From Candidatus Spongiisociaceae bacterium (GTDB lineage: Bacteria; Actinomycetota; Acidimicrobiia; Spongiisociales; Spongiisociaceae): a DNA stretch of 64,000 nt. The stretch is taken from assembly GCA_965202665.1 (NCBI GenBank), contig OZ241841.1, positions 1,472,001 through 1,536,000 on the forward strand, read 5' to 3'. The translations under genes and the position numbers were made by a program. The notes under the pieces are model-generated. The model was not told where the DNA came from. It saw only the letters and a program-made list of their open reading frames with translations, and did no database searches. Below, piece by piece: positions 29,601 to 38,064 of the stretch (position 1 is the first letter of the stretch; every line of letters begins with the position of its first letter).

Positions 29601-30778
29601 ATCCGCACATCGGCCGGGCCGTGGGCGGCGGCCAGCTGGCATAGGACGGCCCCGGCCAAAGCGGCGCCCTCCCCGCGCCGGCCGGCGATGCCCAGGATGC
29701 TTCCCGGAGTCAGGCGGGCGGTTACCGGAATCCCGGTCATCGCCCCCCTCCGGCGGAGCAGGTCGGCCGCCTCCGGTTCCTCCTCTCCGGTCGGGCCGGG
29801 GGCCCAGCGCCCCGATCCGTAGCCGAGCGCGGCCCGCAGGAAGTCGGGATGGGCGGGGCGCCGCTCCCAGATGCGTCGGGAGCCGGTTTCCGCCCGGGCC
29901 AGCAACTCCCCGACCGACGGGTCGTCCAACAGGGCCTGGGCCCGCTCAACGCGCCGCCGCTTGCGCAACAGGCGGTCGAACTCCCGCAGGTCGGCGGCGA
30001 ACTTTTGCCCGGCGCCGCGGGTTTCCCGGCGACGGCGCCGCCGGTCTTCTATGAACTGCCCCGCCATCAGCAAAGGACTCATCAGGGCGAAGGCCAGAAA
30101 TATCATCCGCCCGAAAAAGAGGGCCATTCCCGCACCGGCCAATACGGGGAGGGCGAAGGCGGTCGCCCCCAACCGGCGCGGTTTGCCGTCCACCCGCTCC
30201 CGCTTCGGCGGCGGGGGAGCGGCGGCGGAACGTTGCGGGAGGTGGCGGGGCGGACGGTTGAAGAAACTTCGCGGCCCGGGCGGAGAAGGCGCGGGGCCGT
30301 CCGGCCAGGGGGCGACCCGCAGACGGTGCGGTCCGACGCACAGGCTGTCCGCTGGAAACGGCTTTCCGTTCCAAGACGCCCGGCCCCGTTCGTCCACCGC
30401 CAAAAAGGCGGGCGTTGTCCCCTCCAGCCGTATGTCCGCCTGCGAACCGCCCCCCGTTGCGTAGCGGCCCGGGGACAGTTTCCACACCCGCCCCGCCTGC
30501 GGTCCGGACAGCGCGTAGAGGGCGGCCGCCGGATCCGCCTCCGCCGTTTCGCCCCCCGGATTGGGATTTTGCAAGGAAACAATCGATCCGTCCCGGACCG
30601 AGCGGAACAGCGGCTCGCCCGGCTGGGCCGGGTTTCCGTCAATCAGCAAATCCCCCGGTTGGGGGTCGGCGCCCGCCGCGCGCAACAGATCGGCGATGAC
30701 CGCGTCTTCCGGCAGGCCGGTCACTTCCAGATCGCGGGATCGCCTCCCGTCCCGTACGGTGATGCGCAAAGGTTTCAT
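26663..30778 (-). CDS. FtsK/SpoIIIE-domain EccC/EssC-like type VII secretion ATPase
   Basis: Ubiquitin-like N-terminus, degenerate FHA, FNRPPR, two TM helices; ATPase 1 with GTTGSGKS/DYKGG/VDEFA/GRSLG; degenerate ATPase 2 (GQAGSGTQ); ATPase 3 (GPNRSGRS). Confidence 0.87.
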   Translation of the reverse strand: MKPLRITVRDGRRSRDLEVTGLPEDAVIADLLRAAGADPQPGDLLIDGNPAQPGEPLFRSVRDGSIVSLQNPNPGGETAEADPAAALYALSGPQAGRVWKLSPGRYATGGGSQADIRLEGTTPAFLAVDERGRASWNGKPFPADSLCVGPHRLRVAPWPDGPAPSPPGPRSFFNRPPRHLPQRSAAAPPPPKRERVDGKPRRLGATAFALPVLAGAGMALFFGRMIFLAFALMSPLLMAGQFIEDRRRRRRETRGAGQKFAADLREFDRLLRKRRRVERAQALLDDPSVGELLARAETGSRRIWERRPAHPDFLRAALGYGSGRWAPGPTGEEEPEAADLLRRRGAMTGIPVTARLTPGSILGIAGRRGEGAALAGAVLCQLAAAHGPADVRMGVITDRPRQWDWIKWAPHTLAGSRSDLRLLACSATEIESLLSALAVPAPAGSAPVTIITADHPRLPEEHRRALREILLGAGRPAAGLWLEEKPELLPAGCAEVVETGPPARLRRPGRGAAAVALETAGVAEGVAEAAARNLARLEDPEAAAPGSRLPERVRLLDLPKAPAEGDDVDGLASAIAARWSANSPPAGLSAPIGVGEAGPLLVDLAADGPHCLLAGTTGSGKSELLRTLIASLAARYSPDFLNFVLIDYKGGAAFDACADLPHAVGLVTDLDESLGERALRSLEAELARREERLREAGAADLDQLRRTAPGQPLPRLAVIVDEFALLARELPGFMETLVDIAQRGRSLGVHLALATQQPAGVVKDSIRANVNLRICLRVQTTADSKDVLGAGPGAGLAAGLPPTLPGRGFIRRGPEEPIPFQTALVSGCGETGPQIRVSPFLFGMIQPVPPASPDPEPARREETDLTRLAAAASRVWEGMGRPAPRRPWAPPLRPDLAFGETSLPDPPPDGAPQATLGAADQPDRQRQVPWSWLPASHGNLLLMGQAGSGTQDGLLGAACSLASARGPDRLRIYGLDSGRGRLAELEHLPHTGSVVPLSDAERLERLLAMLRDRVGQSPPPPSQPWLILLVDDLGELRTALAETGLEDLFGEICRGGPARRVATAAAADQARAVPPSLSSAFGARLVFSLADPLDWSMLGMRPGMDGLPPRRAADPRTGDYVQVAAVAEADVKRTAQQAADGPPAPPIPVLPRRVSLRQTAQAGSMTDLEWALPLGMDGASLQPTAITLHGGDHLLIAGPNRSGRSTALLTAASAVRILCPRTALAAVCPRPSPLADHPGLEAVFRRLEDAEPLLNDRTDGKRLILLIDDAEETPDHGPAEPVIERRTGGITVIAAGRTDVLRTAHRHWTSLLRNRRRGVILSPSDRADGDLFGVRLPAPRTGPFPGRGYVIEGGAARLIQLAVPSSDKPVK

Positions 30779-30821
30779 AACATGCCGGGGGGCGGAGGCG
30801 GTTTCATCTTGCGCAGGCTGG

Positions 30822-31232
30822 TCAGGAGCTTACGGCTCGGATGCGGGCCAGCAGGTCCATCTCCGGGAAATCCCCGTCATCCGTGAAAACGCCGTCCGAA
30901 TCGTCGGTCTCTTCCAGCCAGCCGTTCGCAACCGGTTCGCCGCCGAAAGTCGGTTGCGGCGGGGGCGGGGCGGCCGCCAGGGCTTCGGCCGCTTCCAAAG
31001 CCCGGGCTATGCGCTCGGCGGCGGCCGCCCCCTCCTCCAAAAGACGGGCGGCCGCCGCCAACTCCCGGCTGCATTGCGCCAAGCGGTCGGCGGGGAAACC
31101 GGCGGCGGCCCCCGACAGAACTTCCAAGAGCCGCTCCAGGGCGCCCAGCGCATATTGCCGGTTGACGGCCGTTATTTGCCGCCCGATTTCCTCCATCCGT
31201 CCGGCCGCCGTCCGGTATTCCCCAGAGGTCAC
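30822..31232 (-). CDS. helical WXG100/LXG-like protein with acidic tail
   Basis: GTG start at 31232; two predicted amphipathic helices separated by LSGAAA; tail EETDDSDGVFTDDGDFPE; lies between the WXG100 and EccC-like genes. Confidence 0.55.
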   Translation of the reverse strand: MTSGEYRTAAGRMEEIGRQITAVNRQYALGALERLLEVLSGAAAGFPADRLAQCSRELAAAARLLEEGAAAAERIARALEAAEALAAAPPPPQPTFGGEPVANGWLEETDDSDGVFTDDGDFPEMDLLARIRAVSS

Positions 31233-31252
31233 CGCGCCGCCCGTCCGGCCCG

Positions 31253-31537
31253 TCAGCCCGCCGACACGTAATAGGTGTCGGCCATGTAGTTGAGGTCGGT
31301 TCCGTAGCGGACCAGCCCGTCCGAGTGGGTCTGCATGAACTCGGCCAGGCCCCGCAGGTGGGGCAGGGCCTCGTCCACCATGGCCCGGAAGTCGAGGGCC
31401 GACTTCGACTCCCAGCTGTCCTGCAAGGTGGTCACCGCGGCGGTGACCGAGTTCAGCAGGCCCTCCATTTCCCTGCTCCACGCGGCGAAGCTTTGCCCCA
31501 CCTCGATAATCCGGTTCCCATCGGCGCGTATCGGCAT
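31253..31537 (-). CDS. WXG100 family type VII secretion target
   Basis: 94 aa helical protein with central LQDSWESKSA (WxG position); AAAGGAGG RBS; next to the EccC-like gene. Confidence 0.75.
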   Translation of the reverse strand: MPIRADGNRIIEVGQSFAAWSREMEGLLNSVTAAVTTLQDSWESKSALDFRAMVDEALPHLRGLAEFMQTHSDGLVRYGTDLNYMADTYYVSAG

Positions 31538-31705
31538 TTTCGCCTCCTTTCGGCTTGTTTGATTGCGCTTGCTCCTTTCCGGAGGGACGCTCTGTTTAAC
31601 AAGATACGAATTTTTTCCGCCGATTCAAGGGGGTTGTTTTCGGGCGCCGCGGAGAACCCCCGGCGGGGCGGCCGGGGGCGATTTGGGAGGGAGGGACGGG
31701 TTGGG

Positions 31706-32848
31706 TTAGAGGAACATCGGTTGGGCCAACGGGTTCTTGATACGGGGACGGTATTCCTCCGCGTCGTAGAAGGCCTCCACATCCACCGTGCGCGCCCCGG
31801 CGGTCAGAACCGACAGGTCGGCGAGGTCGTAGACGCCGTCCCGCAGGGCGGTCATCAGCCCGTAGCTCCCGCTGGCTACCATATCCGCCGCCATAATGCC
31901 GAAGTTGAAACCGGCCATCAGATCCAGGGTGTCGGGCGGGCCGCTGCGCATCAGGTATCCGACTTGTTGATTCATGATTTCGATGCCGGTGCGGGACTTG
32001 ATGCGTTCGCCGGCCAGGCGCCCGATCCCGCCCAGTTTGCGGTGACCGTAAGGGTCGGCCTCGCCGCTTTCCACCCGTTGGCCGCCGGTCATCGCCGCTC
32101 CCTCCGAAATGACGGCGATGGCGTACCGGCTGGGGTTGGCCGCCCGGTCCGCCGCCAACAGGTCGGCCAGCCGATCCGGGTCGAACGGGACTTCGGCGAT
32201 GACGGCCCGGTCGGCGCCGGCCAGAAAACCGGCGGCCAGGCTGGTGGCCCCCGAATAGCGGCCGAACAACTCCACCACCGCGATCCGTTCGTGGCTGCCC
32301 GCCGCGCTGCGCAGATTGTTGATGAAACCCACGCACCGGGTGACGGCGGTGGAAAAACCGAGGCAATAGTCGGTGCCGGGGACGTCGTTGTCCATCGTTT
32401 TGGGGATGGCCGCCACCGGGACGCCCTCCCTATGCATGCGCAAGGCGTAGGAAAGGGTGTCGTCCCCGCCGATGGCGACAATCGCCTCCAAACCGAGGGC
32501 TTCCGCCGCCCGCACCGCATGTTCGGTGCAGTCGTAGGGCGGCTCCCCGGCGGGCGGAGGCAGGAAAGAGGGCAGGGCGGCGGCCGACACCCGCCCCGGA
32601 TTGGCCCGGCTGCTGTGCAGGATGGTGCCCCCGGTGCGGTCGATGGTGCGCACCGCCGCCGGGTTCAACTCCAGGGAATGCCGGTGAAAGGAAGAAGGGT
32701 CGTCGGGATCGATTTCCAGCAACGCCCCCCACCCCCGCAGCAACCCCACCGTTTCATGGCCGTGCTCGGCGGCCCGGTTGACGAAGGCTTTGATGGCCGG
32801 GTTGAGACCGGGAACGTCCCCGCCGCCGGTCAAAATCCCAATGCGCAT
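31706..32848 (-). CDS. 6-phosphofructokinase, probably PPi-dependent
   Basis: TGGGDVPGLN, GGDDT, PKTMDND, ELFGR, GYLMRSG. Confidence 0.88.
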   Translation of the reverse strand: MRIGILTGGGDVPGLNPAIKAFVNRAAEHGHETVGLLRGWGALLEIDPDDPSSFHRHSLELNPAAVRTIDRTGGTILHSSRANPGRVSAAALPSFLPPPAGEPPYDCTEHAVRAAEALGLEAIVAIGGDDTLSYALRMHREGVPVAAIPKTMDNDVPGTDYCLGFSTAVTRCVGFINNLRSAAGSHERIAVVELFGRYSGATSLAAGFLAGADRAVIAEVPFDPDRLADLLAADRAANPSRYAIAVISEGAAMTGGQRVESGEADPYGHRKLGGIGRLAGERIKSRTGIEIMNQQVGYLMRSGPPDTLDLMAGFNFGIMAADMVASGSYGLMTALRDGVYDLADLSVLTAGARTVDVEAFYDAEEYRPRIKNPLAQPMFL

Positions 32849-32901
32849 CCGTCCTCCTCGTTTAGGGTTGCCATTATAGATTGGCGGACGAGAGGAAGAA
32901 C

Positions 32902-34107
32902 GTGAAATCCCCGGACCGGGAACTGCGGCGGGAGGTGGAGCGGTGGCTGCGGCGGCAAGGCCTGCCGCACCTGATCGAAGACTATTCCGCCCGCACCGAT
33001 GTTTTCACGCGCATGGTGCCTTTTCTGGTACTGGTGTTTTTCGGGGAGATGTCGTTCGCCTTTGGGGAACGGTTCCGGGGTTGGGCGCAGGCGGGCGTGG
33101 CCATCCTGTTTCTGGGAGGGTTGGCGGGCGCGGCGGCGGGAGTGAACCGGATTCGGGGGCGCCGGGCTTTCCAACTGCCGGACCGGGTGGGTTTTTTGGA
33201 GTTGTCGGTGTTCGTGCTGGCCCCGGCCCTGCTCACCATGTTGTCCGCCGTCGACCGGGTGATATACGACTTTGCGGCGGTGGCCGTCCTCAACCTGGCG
33301 TTGCTGGGAATCGGATACCTGGTCACCAGCTACGGCCTGGTTTCCATGGTGCGGTGGGGATGGGAGTTTATGACCGAGCAGATCCGCCAAGTGCTGCTGT
33401 TGATGATCCGCTCTTTGCCTTTGCTTCTGCTGTTCGCGGCTTTCTTTTTTCTCAACACCGAAATGTGGCAGGTGGCGGCCAACTTCACCCCGCCCCTGTA
33501 CTGGGCGGTTCTCGGGTTGGTGGCGGCCGGCGGGTGCGGGTTTTTGATCGTGCAGATTCCCGGGGAAGTGGCCTCTTTGGAGCGTTTTTCCTCCTGGGAG
33601 GAAGTGCGGGCCTTGGCCGCCGCCTCCGACTCTCCTTTGGCGGGGGTTCCGTTGCAGCAGACGGGGGAGTTTACGGGGGAACCCCTGAGCCGGGGAGCGG
33701 CCCTCAACATCGGCCTGTTGATGTTCGTCGGCCAGATGGTGCGGGTGGGGTTGGCGGCCGTCGTCACCGGGGGGTTCTTCGTGCTGTTCGGTTTGCTGTC
33801 CGTGCGGCGCACCACCATCGAGCAGTGGCTGGCCGCCGACCAGGTGGGGGAGTTGGCCGCCTTTCCCCTGTTGGGGGCGGAGGTGGTCTTGACCGAGCCC
33901 CTGTTGTTGGTGGCCGGTTTCATCGCCGCCTTCTCCGGTTTGCAGTTCGCGGTGGCCTCCGTTACCGACTCCGTCTACCGGGAGCGCTTTTTCGCCGACA
34001 TCGCCGCCCAGTTGCGGGAAGTGCTGGCGGTGCGCCGCCAATATCTGACCTTGCCCGAAGAAGGGGAAGGCCGTCCGCCGGTTAGCGGAGAGGGGGAACC
34101 CGGATGA
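32902..34107 (+). CDS. conserved-looking multi-pass membrane protein
   Basis: GLPHLIE, about 8 TM segments, LPLLLLF, EMWQ; AGAGGA RBS before GTG 32902. Confidence 0.7.
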   Translation: MKSPDRELRREVERWLRRQGLPHLIEDYSARTDVFTRMVPFLVLVFFGEMSFAFGERFRGWAQAGVAILFLGGLAGAAAGVNRIRGRRAFQLPDRVGFLELSVFVLAPALLTMLSAVDRVIYDFAAVAVLNLALLGIGYLVTSYGLVSMVRWGWEFMTEQIRQVLLLMIRSLPLLLLFAAFFFLNTEMWQVAANFTPPLYWAVLGLVAAGGCGFLIVQIPGEVASLERFSSWEEVRALAAASDSPLAGVPLQQTGEFTGEPLSRGAALNIGLLMFVGQMVRVGLAAVVTGGFFVLFGLLSVRRTTIEQWLAADQVGELAAFPLLGAEVVLTEPLLLVAGFIAAFSGLQFAVASVTDSVYRERFFADIAAQLREVLAVRRQYLTLPEEGEGRPPVSGEGEPG

Positions 34108-35281
34108 TGAGGGCGTCCCCTTGGCCGCCTCCTCCGCACAGGGCGGCCGCCCCGGTCCCCCCGCCCCGCCTGCGCAGTTCGTTGATCAGGCTCACCACCA
34201 GCCGGGCCCCGGTGCAACCGATGGGATGGCCGAGGGCCACCGCCCCGCCGTTGGGATTGACGCGGGCCGGGTCCAAATCCAGCATGCGGGCCGACCACAG
34301 GGCCACCCCGGCGAAGGCCTCGTTGATTTCCACCGCGTCCAGGTCGGCGGCGGTCAACTCGGTTAGTTTGAGGGCCGCTTTGACGGCCTCGGCGGGCCGC
34401 TCGTGCAAAGTGGGGTCCGCCCCTCCGATCTGGCCGTAGGCGAGAATTTCGGCTTGGGGGGCCAGCCCGGCCGCCTCCGCCGCCCGGCGGGAGGCCATCA
34501 CCGCCGCCGCCGCCCCGTCGCTGATCTGGGAGGCGTTGCCGGCGGTAATGGTTCCCCCTTCGGTGAAAGCGGGGGACATTTCGCCCAGGGATGCGGCGGA
34601 TGAGCCGGGGCGGATGCCTTCGTCGCGGTTCACCAGTTGCGTGCCGCCCCGCTTTTGGGGGACTTCCACCGGGGCTATCTCCTGGGCGAAATGGCCCGAT
34701 TCGGCGGCGGCGGCCGCCCGGCGGTGGCTTTCCGCCGCCCAGTCGTCCTGTTCCGCGCGTCCTATGCCCAAGCCGGCGTTTTTGCGGTCGCTGGACTCGC
34801 CCATCGTGCATTGGTCGAAGGCGCACCACAGGCCATCGTATTGCAGTGAATCCACTAGGGCGGCGTCGCCCAGCCGGGCCCCCCAGCGGGCGGCGGGGAT
34901 CAGATAAGGGGCGTTGCTCATTGATTCCATGCCCCCCGCTACCGCCATGGCGGTTTCGCCGAGGCGCAAGGAGCGGTCGGCCATGGCGATGGCGGCCATT
35001 CCGGACAGGCACACTTTGTTGACGACGGTACAGGGAACGGTCATCGGGATACCCGCCGCCACCGCCGCTTGCCGGGCGGTGATCTGACCCGCCCCCGCCC
35101 CGATCACATGCCCCATCACCACTTCGTCGATCTGCCGGGGGGAAACGCCCGCCCGCTCCACCGCGGCCCGGATGGCGACCGCCCCCAAATCCGCCGCCCG
35201 CAAAGGGGACAAGCCCCCGCCGAACCGCCCGATAGGGGTGCGGGCCGCCCCCAAAATCACCGAATGATTGTCGCCTTCCAT
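34082..35281 (-). CDS. acetyl-CoA C-acetyltransferase (thiolase)
   Basis: NKVCLSG, GGMESMS, NEAFA, GHPIGCTG, LCGGGG. Confidence 0.93.
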   Translation of the reverse strand: MEGDNHSVILGAARTPIGRFGGGLSPLRAADLGAVAIRAAVERAGVSPRQIDEVVMGHVIGAGAGQITARQAAVAAGIPMTVPCTVVNKVCLSGMAAIAMADRSLRLGETAMAVAGGMESMSNAPYLIPAARWGARLGDAALVDSLQYDGLWCAFDQCTMGESSDRKNAGLGIGRAEQDDWAAESHRRAAAAAESGHFAQEIAPVEVPQKRGGTQLVNRDEGIRPGSSAASLGEMSPAFTEGGTITAGNASQISDGAAAAVMASRRAAEAAGLAPQAEILAYGQIGGADPTLHERPAEAVKAALKLTELTAADLDAVEINEAFAGVALWSARMLDLDPARVNPNGGAVALGHPIGCTGARLVVSLINELRRRGGGTGAAALCGGGGQGDALIIRVPPLR

Positions 35282-35854
35282 AACCTCACCCTTACCATTT
35301 TCGACCCGACATCGCCCGATGACCAGGTGGTTTTACGATGGTTCTGGTGTTGCTCAAACCCCTCTAGAATGTTGACGCGGCCGACCCGTTACGAGGCCGG
35401 GGGTTCTAGTTGGCACTCCCCCCGGTTCGGGTCGGCTGCATCAATTTCACCGGTAATGGCAAATATAATATAATATATATTGAAGGTCAAATCGATGGGA
35501 GGATTCGGTTCGGCCCCATTTGGCTATACCCATCGGATAAGGCCGCGCTTGCCCCTCGCCGGCTTCAGATCTGGGCCTTGATGCAAAACCGGTTCTGGCC
35601 GGTTTTCGTTGAAAAGATGGGAGGCGTTGGGATGAGCGACGACCTCCGCCGCTGCATCATCCCATTCCCCGGGGCCCCTGAATGTAATCTCTTCGTCCCG
35701 GAGCGGGTTCTCGGAGCAACCCACTTGCCCTCCCTTCGCTAGGCGTATATCTATGCACAATCTATACAAAATCGCAATCCGTGCCTTGGCGGTCAGCGAA
35801 GCCTCTTAGATATAAACCTGGAATTCGCTTGTCCGGGGTTATGCTGGGGGTTTG

Positions 35855-36265
35855 ATGAAACTTCTTAATTTGGATCATACGGCCATCGCCGTCTACGACC
35901 TGGACGAGGCTTTGGACGGATATCGGTTGCGCTACGGGATAGAGCCGATGTACCGCGAGGTGGTGGAGGAGCAGGGGGTGGAGGAGGCGATGCTGGCGGT
36001 AGGCGGGTCGTTCGTGCAATTATTGGCCCCCCGGGGCGCGGACACGCCGGTGGGGAAGTTTCTGGCCAAACGGGGGGAAGGCCTGCACCATTTGGCTTTT
36101 GCGGTAACCGACATCGCGGCGGCTTTGGCCCACTTGCGGCGGGAAGGGGCCCGGCTGGTGGATGAGACGCCGCGCCGGGGCGGGCGGGGGGCGAAAATCG
36201 CCTTCGTGCACCCGCAGGGCGGAAACCAAACGTTGATCGAACTGGTCGAACATCCGTATGAGTAG
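35855..36265 (+). CDS. mce: methylmalonyl-CoA epimerase
   Basis: LDHTAIAV, EEQGV, GEGLHHLAF, IAFVHP, LIELVE; divergent from a thiolase as in many actinomycetes. Confidence 0.9.
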   Translation: MKLLNLDHTAIAVYDLDEALDGYRLRYGIEPMYREVVEEQGVEEAMLAVGGSFVQLLAPRGADTPVGKFLAKRGEGLHHLAFAVTDIAAALAHLRREGARLVDETPRRGGRGAKIAFVHPQGGNQTLIELVEHPYE

Positions 36266-36539
36266 CGCCCTTTCTTCCAACGGAACTCCGTTGCGCATCA
36301 CCGGCGGGGCCGGTCCATATGAAACGGCCGCCATCGCCGCGGTGGTGGAGTTGGCGATGGAGGAGGAAAAACGGGCCTCCTCTCCGACTCGGGGCCGGTT
36401 TTCCAACTGGGTGATGGTTTCCCGCAACGGGACGGGCGACGGGTTTTCGTTCGGGCGGCGGGCGCCGCGTCGGGTCAGCCGGTCCGTCTCCGGGGAAGGA
36501 CCGCCGCCGCCTCCCGGTTCCCCAGCAACCAGGCGCTGA
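36258..36539 (+). CDS. acyl-CoA carboxylase epsilon subunit-like protein
   Basis: LRITGGAGPYETAAIAAVV ... SNW resembles the AccE pattern; overlaps the mce stop. Confidence 0.5.
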   Translation: MSSALSSNGTPLRITGGAGPYETAAIAAVVELAMEEEKRASSPTRGRFSNWVMVSRNGTGDGFSFGRRAPRRVSRSVSGEGPPPPPGSPATRR

Positions 36540-38064
36540 CCAGGTAGGCGACCCCAGTCACCGCCAGCCCGGCCGCGGTGGCCGCCGCTCCGGTCCAGAA
36601 ATCGGGGATGCGTCCGCCGGTGACGGACGAGGCGGTCAGCCAGCCCAAAACGGCGGACGCCCCCGCGGCCAGCGCCGTCTGCCAGGCGGTGCGGCCCAGC
36701 CCGGCCAAGGCCGCCGGGGAATGCCGCCGCCGCCACAGCCAAATCAGAGTGAGGGCGTGGCCGGTGATGGCGGCCGACCCGGCGGCGGCGATGCCCGCCA
36801 CCCCGCCCAGGCGGAACCCGAGCAGGAACATGGGAACCGCCGGGACCATCCAGGCCGTCCCGGCCAGCACCGGAACCCACATCTGGCGATGGGAGTAAAA
36901 GCCGCGGGCCAGCACCTGATGCACCGCCCAGGCGGGGATGCTCAGCGAATATCCGATGAGGGCGGCCGCGGTAAGCACGGTTCCAGTGGAAGAAAACTCC
37001 CCATGCTGGAAGGCGGTGCGCACCGCCGGCTGGCTGACCGCTATCACCGCCGCCACCGCCGCCCCCCCGATGAACACCGCGGTGCGCAAGGTGCGTCCCA
37101 AGGATTCGGACAGTTCGGCGCGGCGTCCCTCCGCCACCAGCCGGGCCAGGTAGGGGTAGGCGGCCACCCCGGCCGCTTGGGCGATCACCCCCACCGGCAA
37201 CATGTTGACCCGGCGGGCCAGGTTGAGGGAGAAGATGGAGCCGTCGGCGGCGGCCGCGGCCACCATCTTGCCCAAAGACTCGTCCAAAACCACGATGGAC
37301 TGGCCGATCATCAACGGGATGGCCAGAATCAGGTATTCCCGCAGGGCCGGATGCCGCAGGCGGAAAGGGCCGGGGGTTACCCGCAGGCCGGTGCGCCGGG
37401 CCCCCCACCATTGCAGGGCGAAGTTGCCCGCCAAGGCCCCGCCCACCGCTCCCAGGATGAAACCGCCGGCCGAAACCTCCCCCCCCGCCGTCCCGGCCAG
37501 GCCGCCGGCGATGATTCCCAGGTTGTAGACGATGGGGGCCAGGGTGGGGATCAGGAACCGCCCGCGGGCGTACTGGACGGCCATGAACAGCCCGCCGGTC
37601 ACAAAGAAAATTTGGGCGGGCAGAACCAGGCGGGTGAGGCGGGTCACTTCCCGTAGTTGGTCGGCGTCCAACCTGCCGCCCGTCCCGAAAGCCAACTCCA
37701 CGATCCACCCGGCGGCGGCAACGGCGGCGGCGGTGAGAAAAACCACCGCCGCCGCCACCGGCCAGAAAACGGCGTTGAAAGCCTTCCCGGCCCCCTCCTC
37801 ATCCCCCGCCGCCAGATGGCGGCTGAGAATGGGGATGAAAGTGATGGCCAAAAACCCTCCGGCCAGCAGATAGTTGAGAAAGTCGGGGATGATGAAGGCC
37901 GCTTCGTAGGCGTCGGCCATCGGACTGTCCCCCAGCCGGTTGGCCAACACCACGTTGCGGGCGAACCCCAGCAGGCGGGACAGCAGTATTCCGGCGGACA
38001 CCATCCAGGCGGCGCGGGCGATTCGTTTGCCGACCCCCGGTTCCCCCGCTTCGGGAAGGCTCAT
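36475..38064 (-). CDS. murJ: lipid II flippase MurJ
   Basis: LSRLLGFAR, IPDFLNYLLAGG, FIP, LPVGV, RGFYS; start at MSLPEAG. Confidence 0.9.
   Translation of the reverse strand: MSLPEAGEPGVGKRIARAAWMVSAGILLSRLLGFARNVVLANRLGDSPMADAYEAAFIIPDFLNYLLAGGFLAITFIPILSRHLAAGDEEGAGKAFNAVFWPVAAAVVFLTAAAVAAAGWIVELAFGTGGRLDADQLREVTRLTRLVLPAQIFFVTGGLFMAVQYARGRFLIPTLAPIVYNLGIIAGGLAGTAGGEVSAGGFILGAVGGALAGNFALQWWGARRTGLRVTPGPFRLRHPALREYLILAIPLMIGQSIVVLDESLGKMVAAAAADGSIFSLNLARRVNMLPVGVIAQAAGVAAYPYLARLVAEGRRAELSESLGRTLRTAVFIGGAAVAAVIAVSQPAVRTAFQHGEFSSTGTVLTAAALIGYSLSIPAWAVHQVLARGFYSHRQMWVPVLAGTAWMVPAVPMFLLGFRLGGVAGIAAAGSAAITGHALTLIWLWRRRHSPAALAGLGRTAWQTALAAGASAVLGWLTASSVTGGRIPDFWTGAAATAAGLAVTGVAYLVSAWLLGNREAAAVLPRRRTG

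Noticed and set aside
26676-29642. Long alternative-frame and antisense ORFs here and throughout (e.g. 6511-8481, 12279-14204, 23355-25403)
   Set aside because: Arg/Gly/Pro-rich shadow ORFs expected in high-GC DNA, overlapping well-supported genes.
35410-35769. ORFs 35410-35742 (+) and 35524-35769 (-)
   Set aside because: No RBS or recognisable motif, and the plus-strand ORF crosses a hairpin and AT-rich tract; coding status unsupported.
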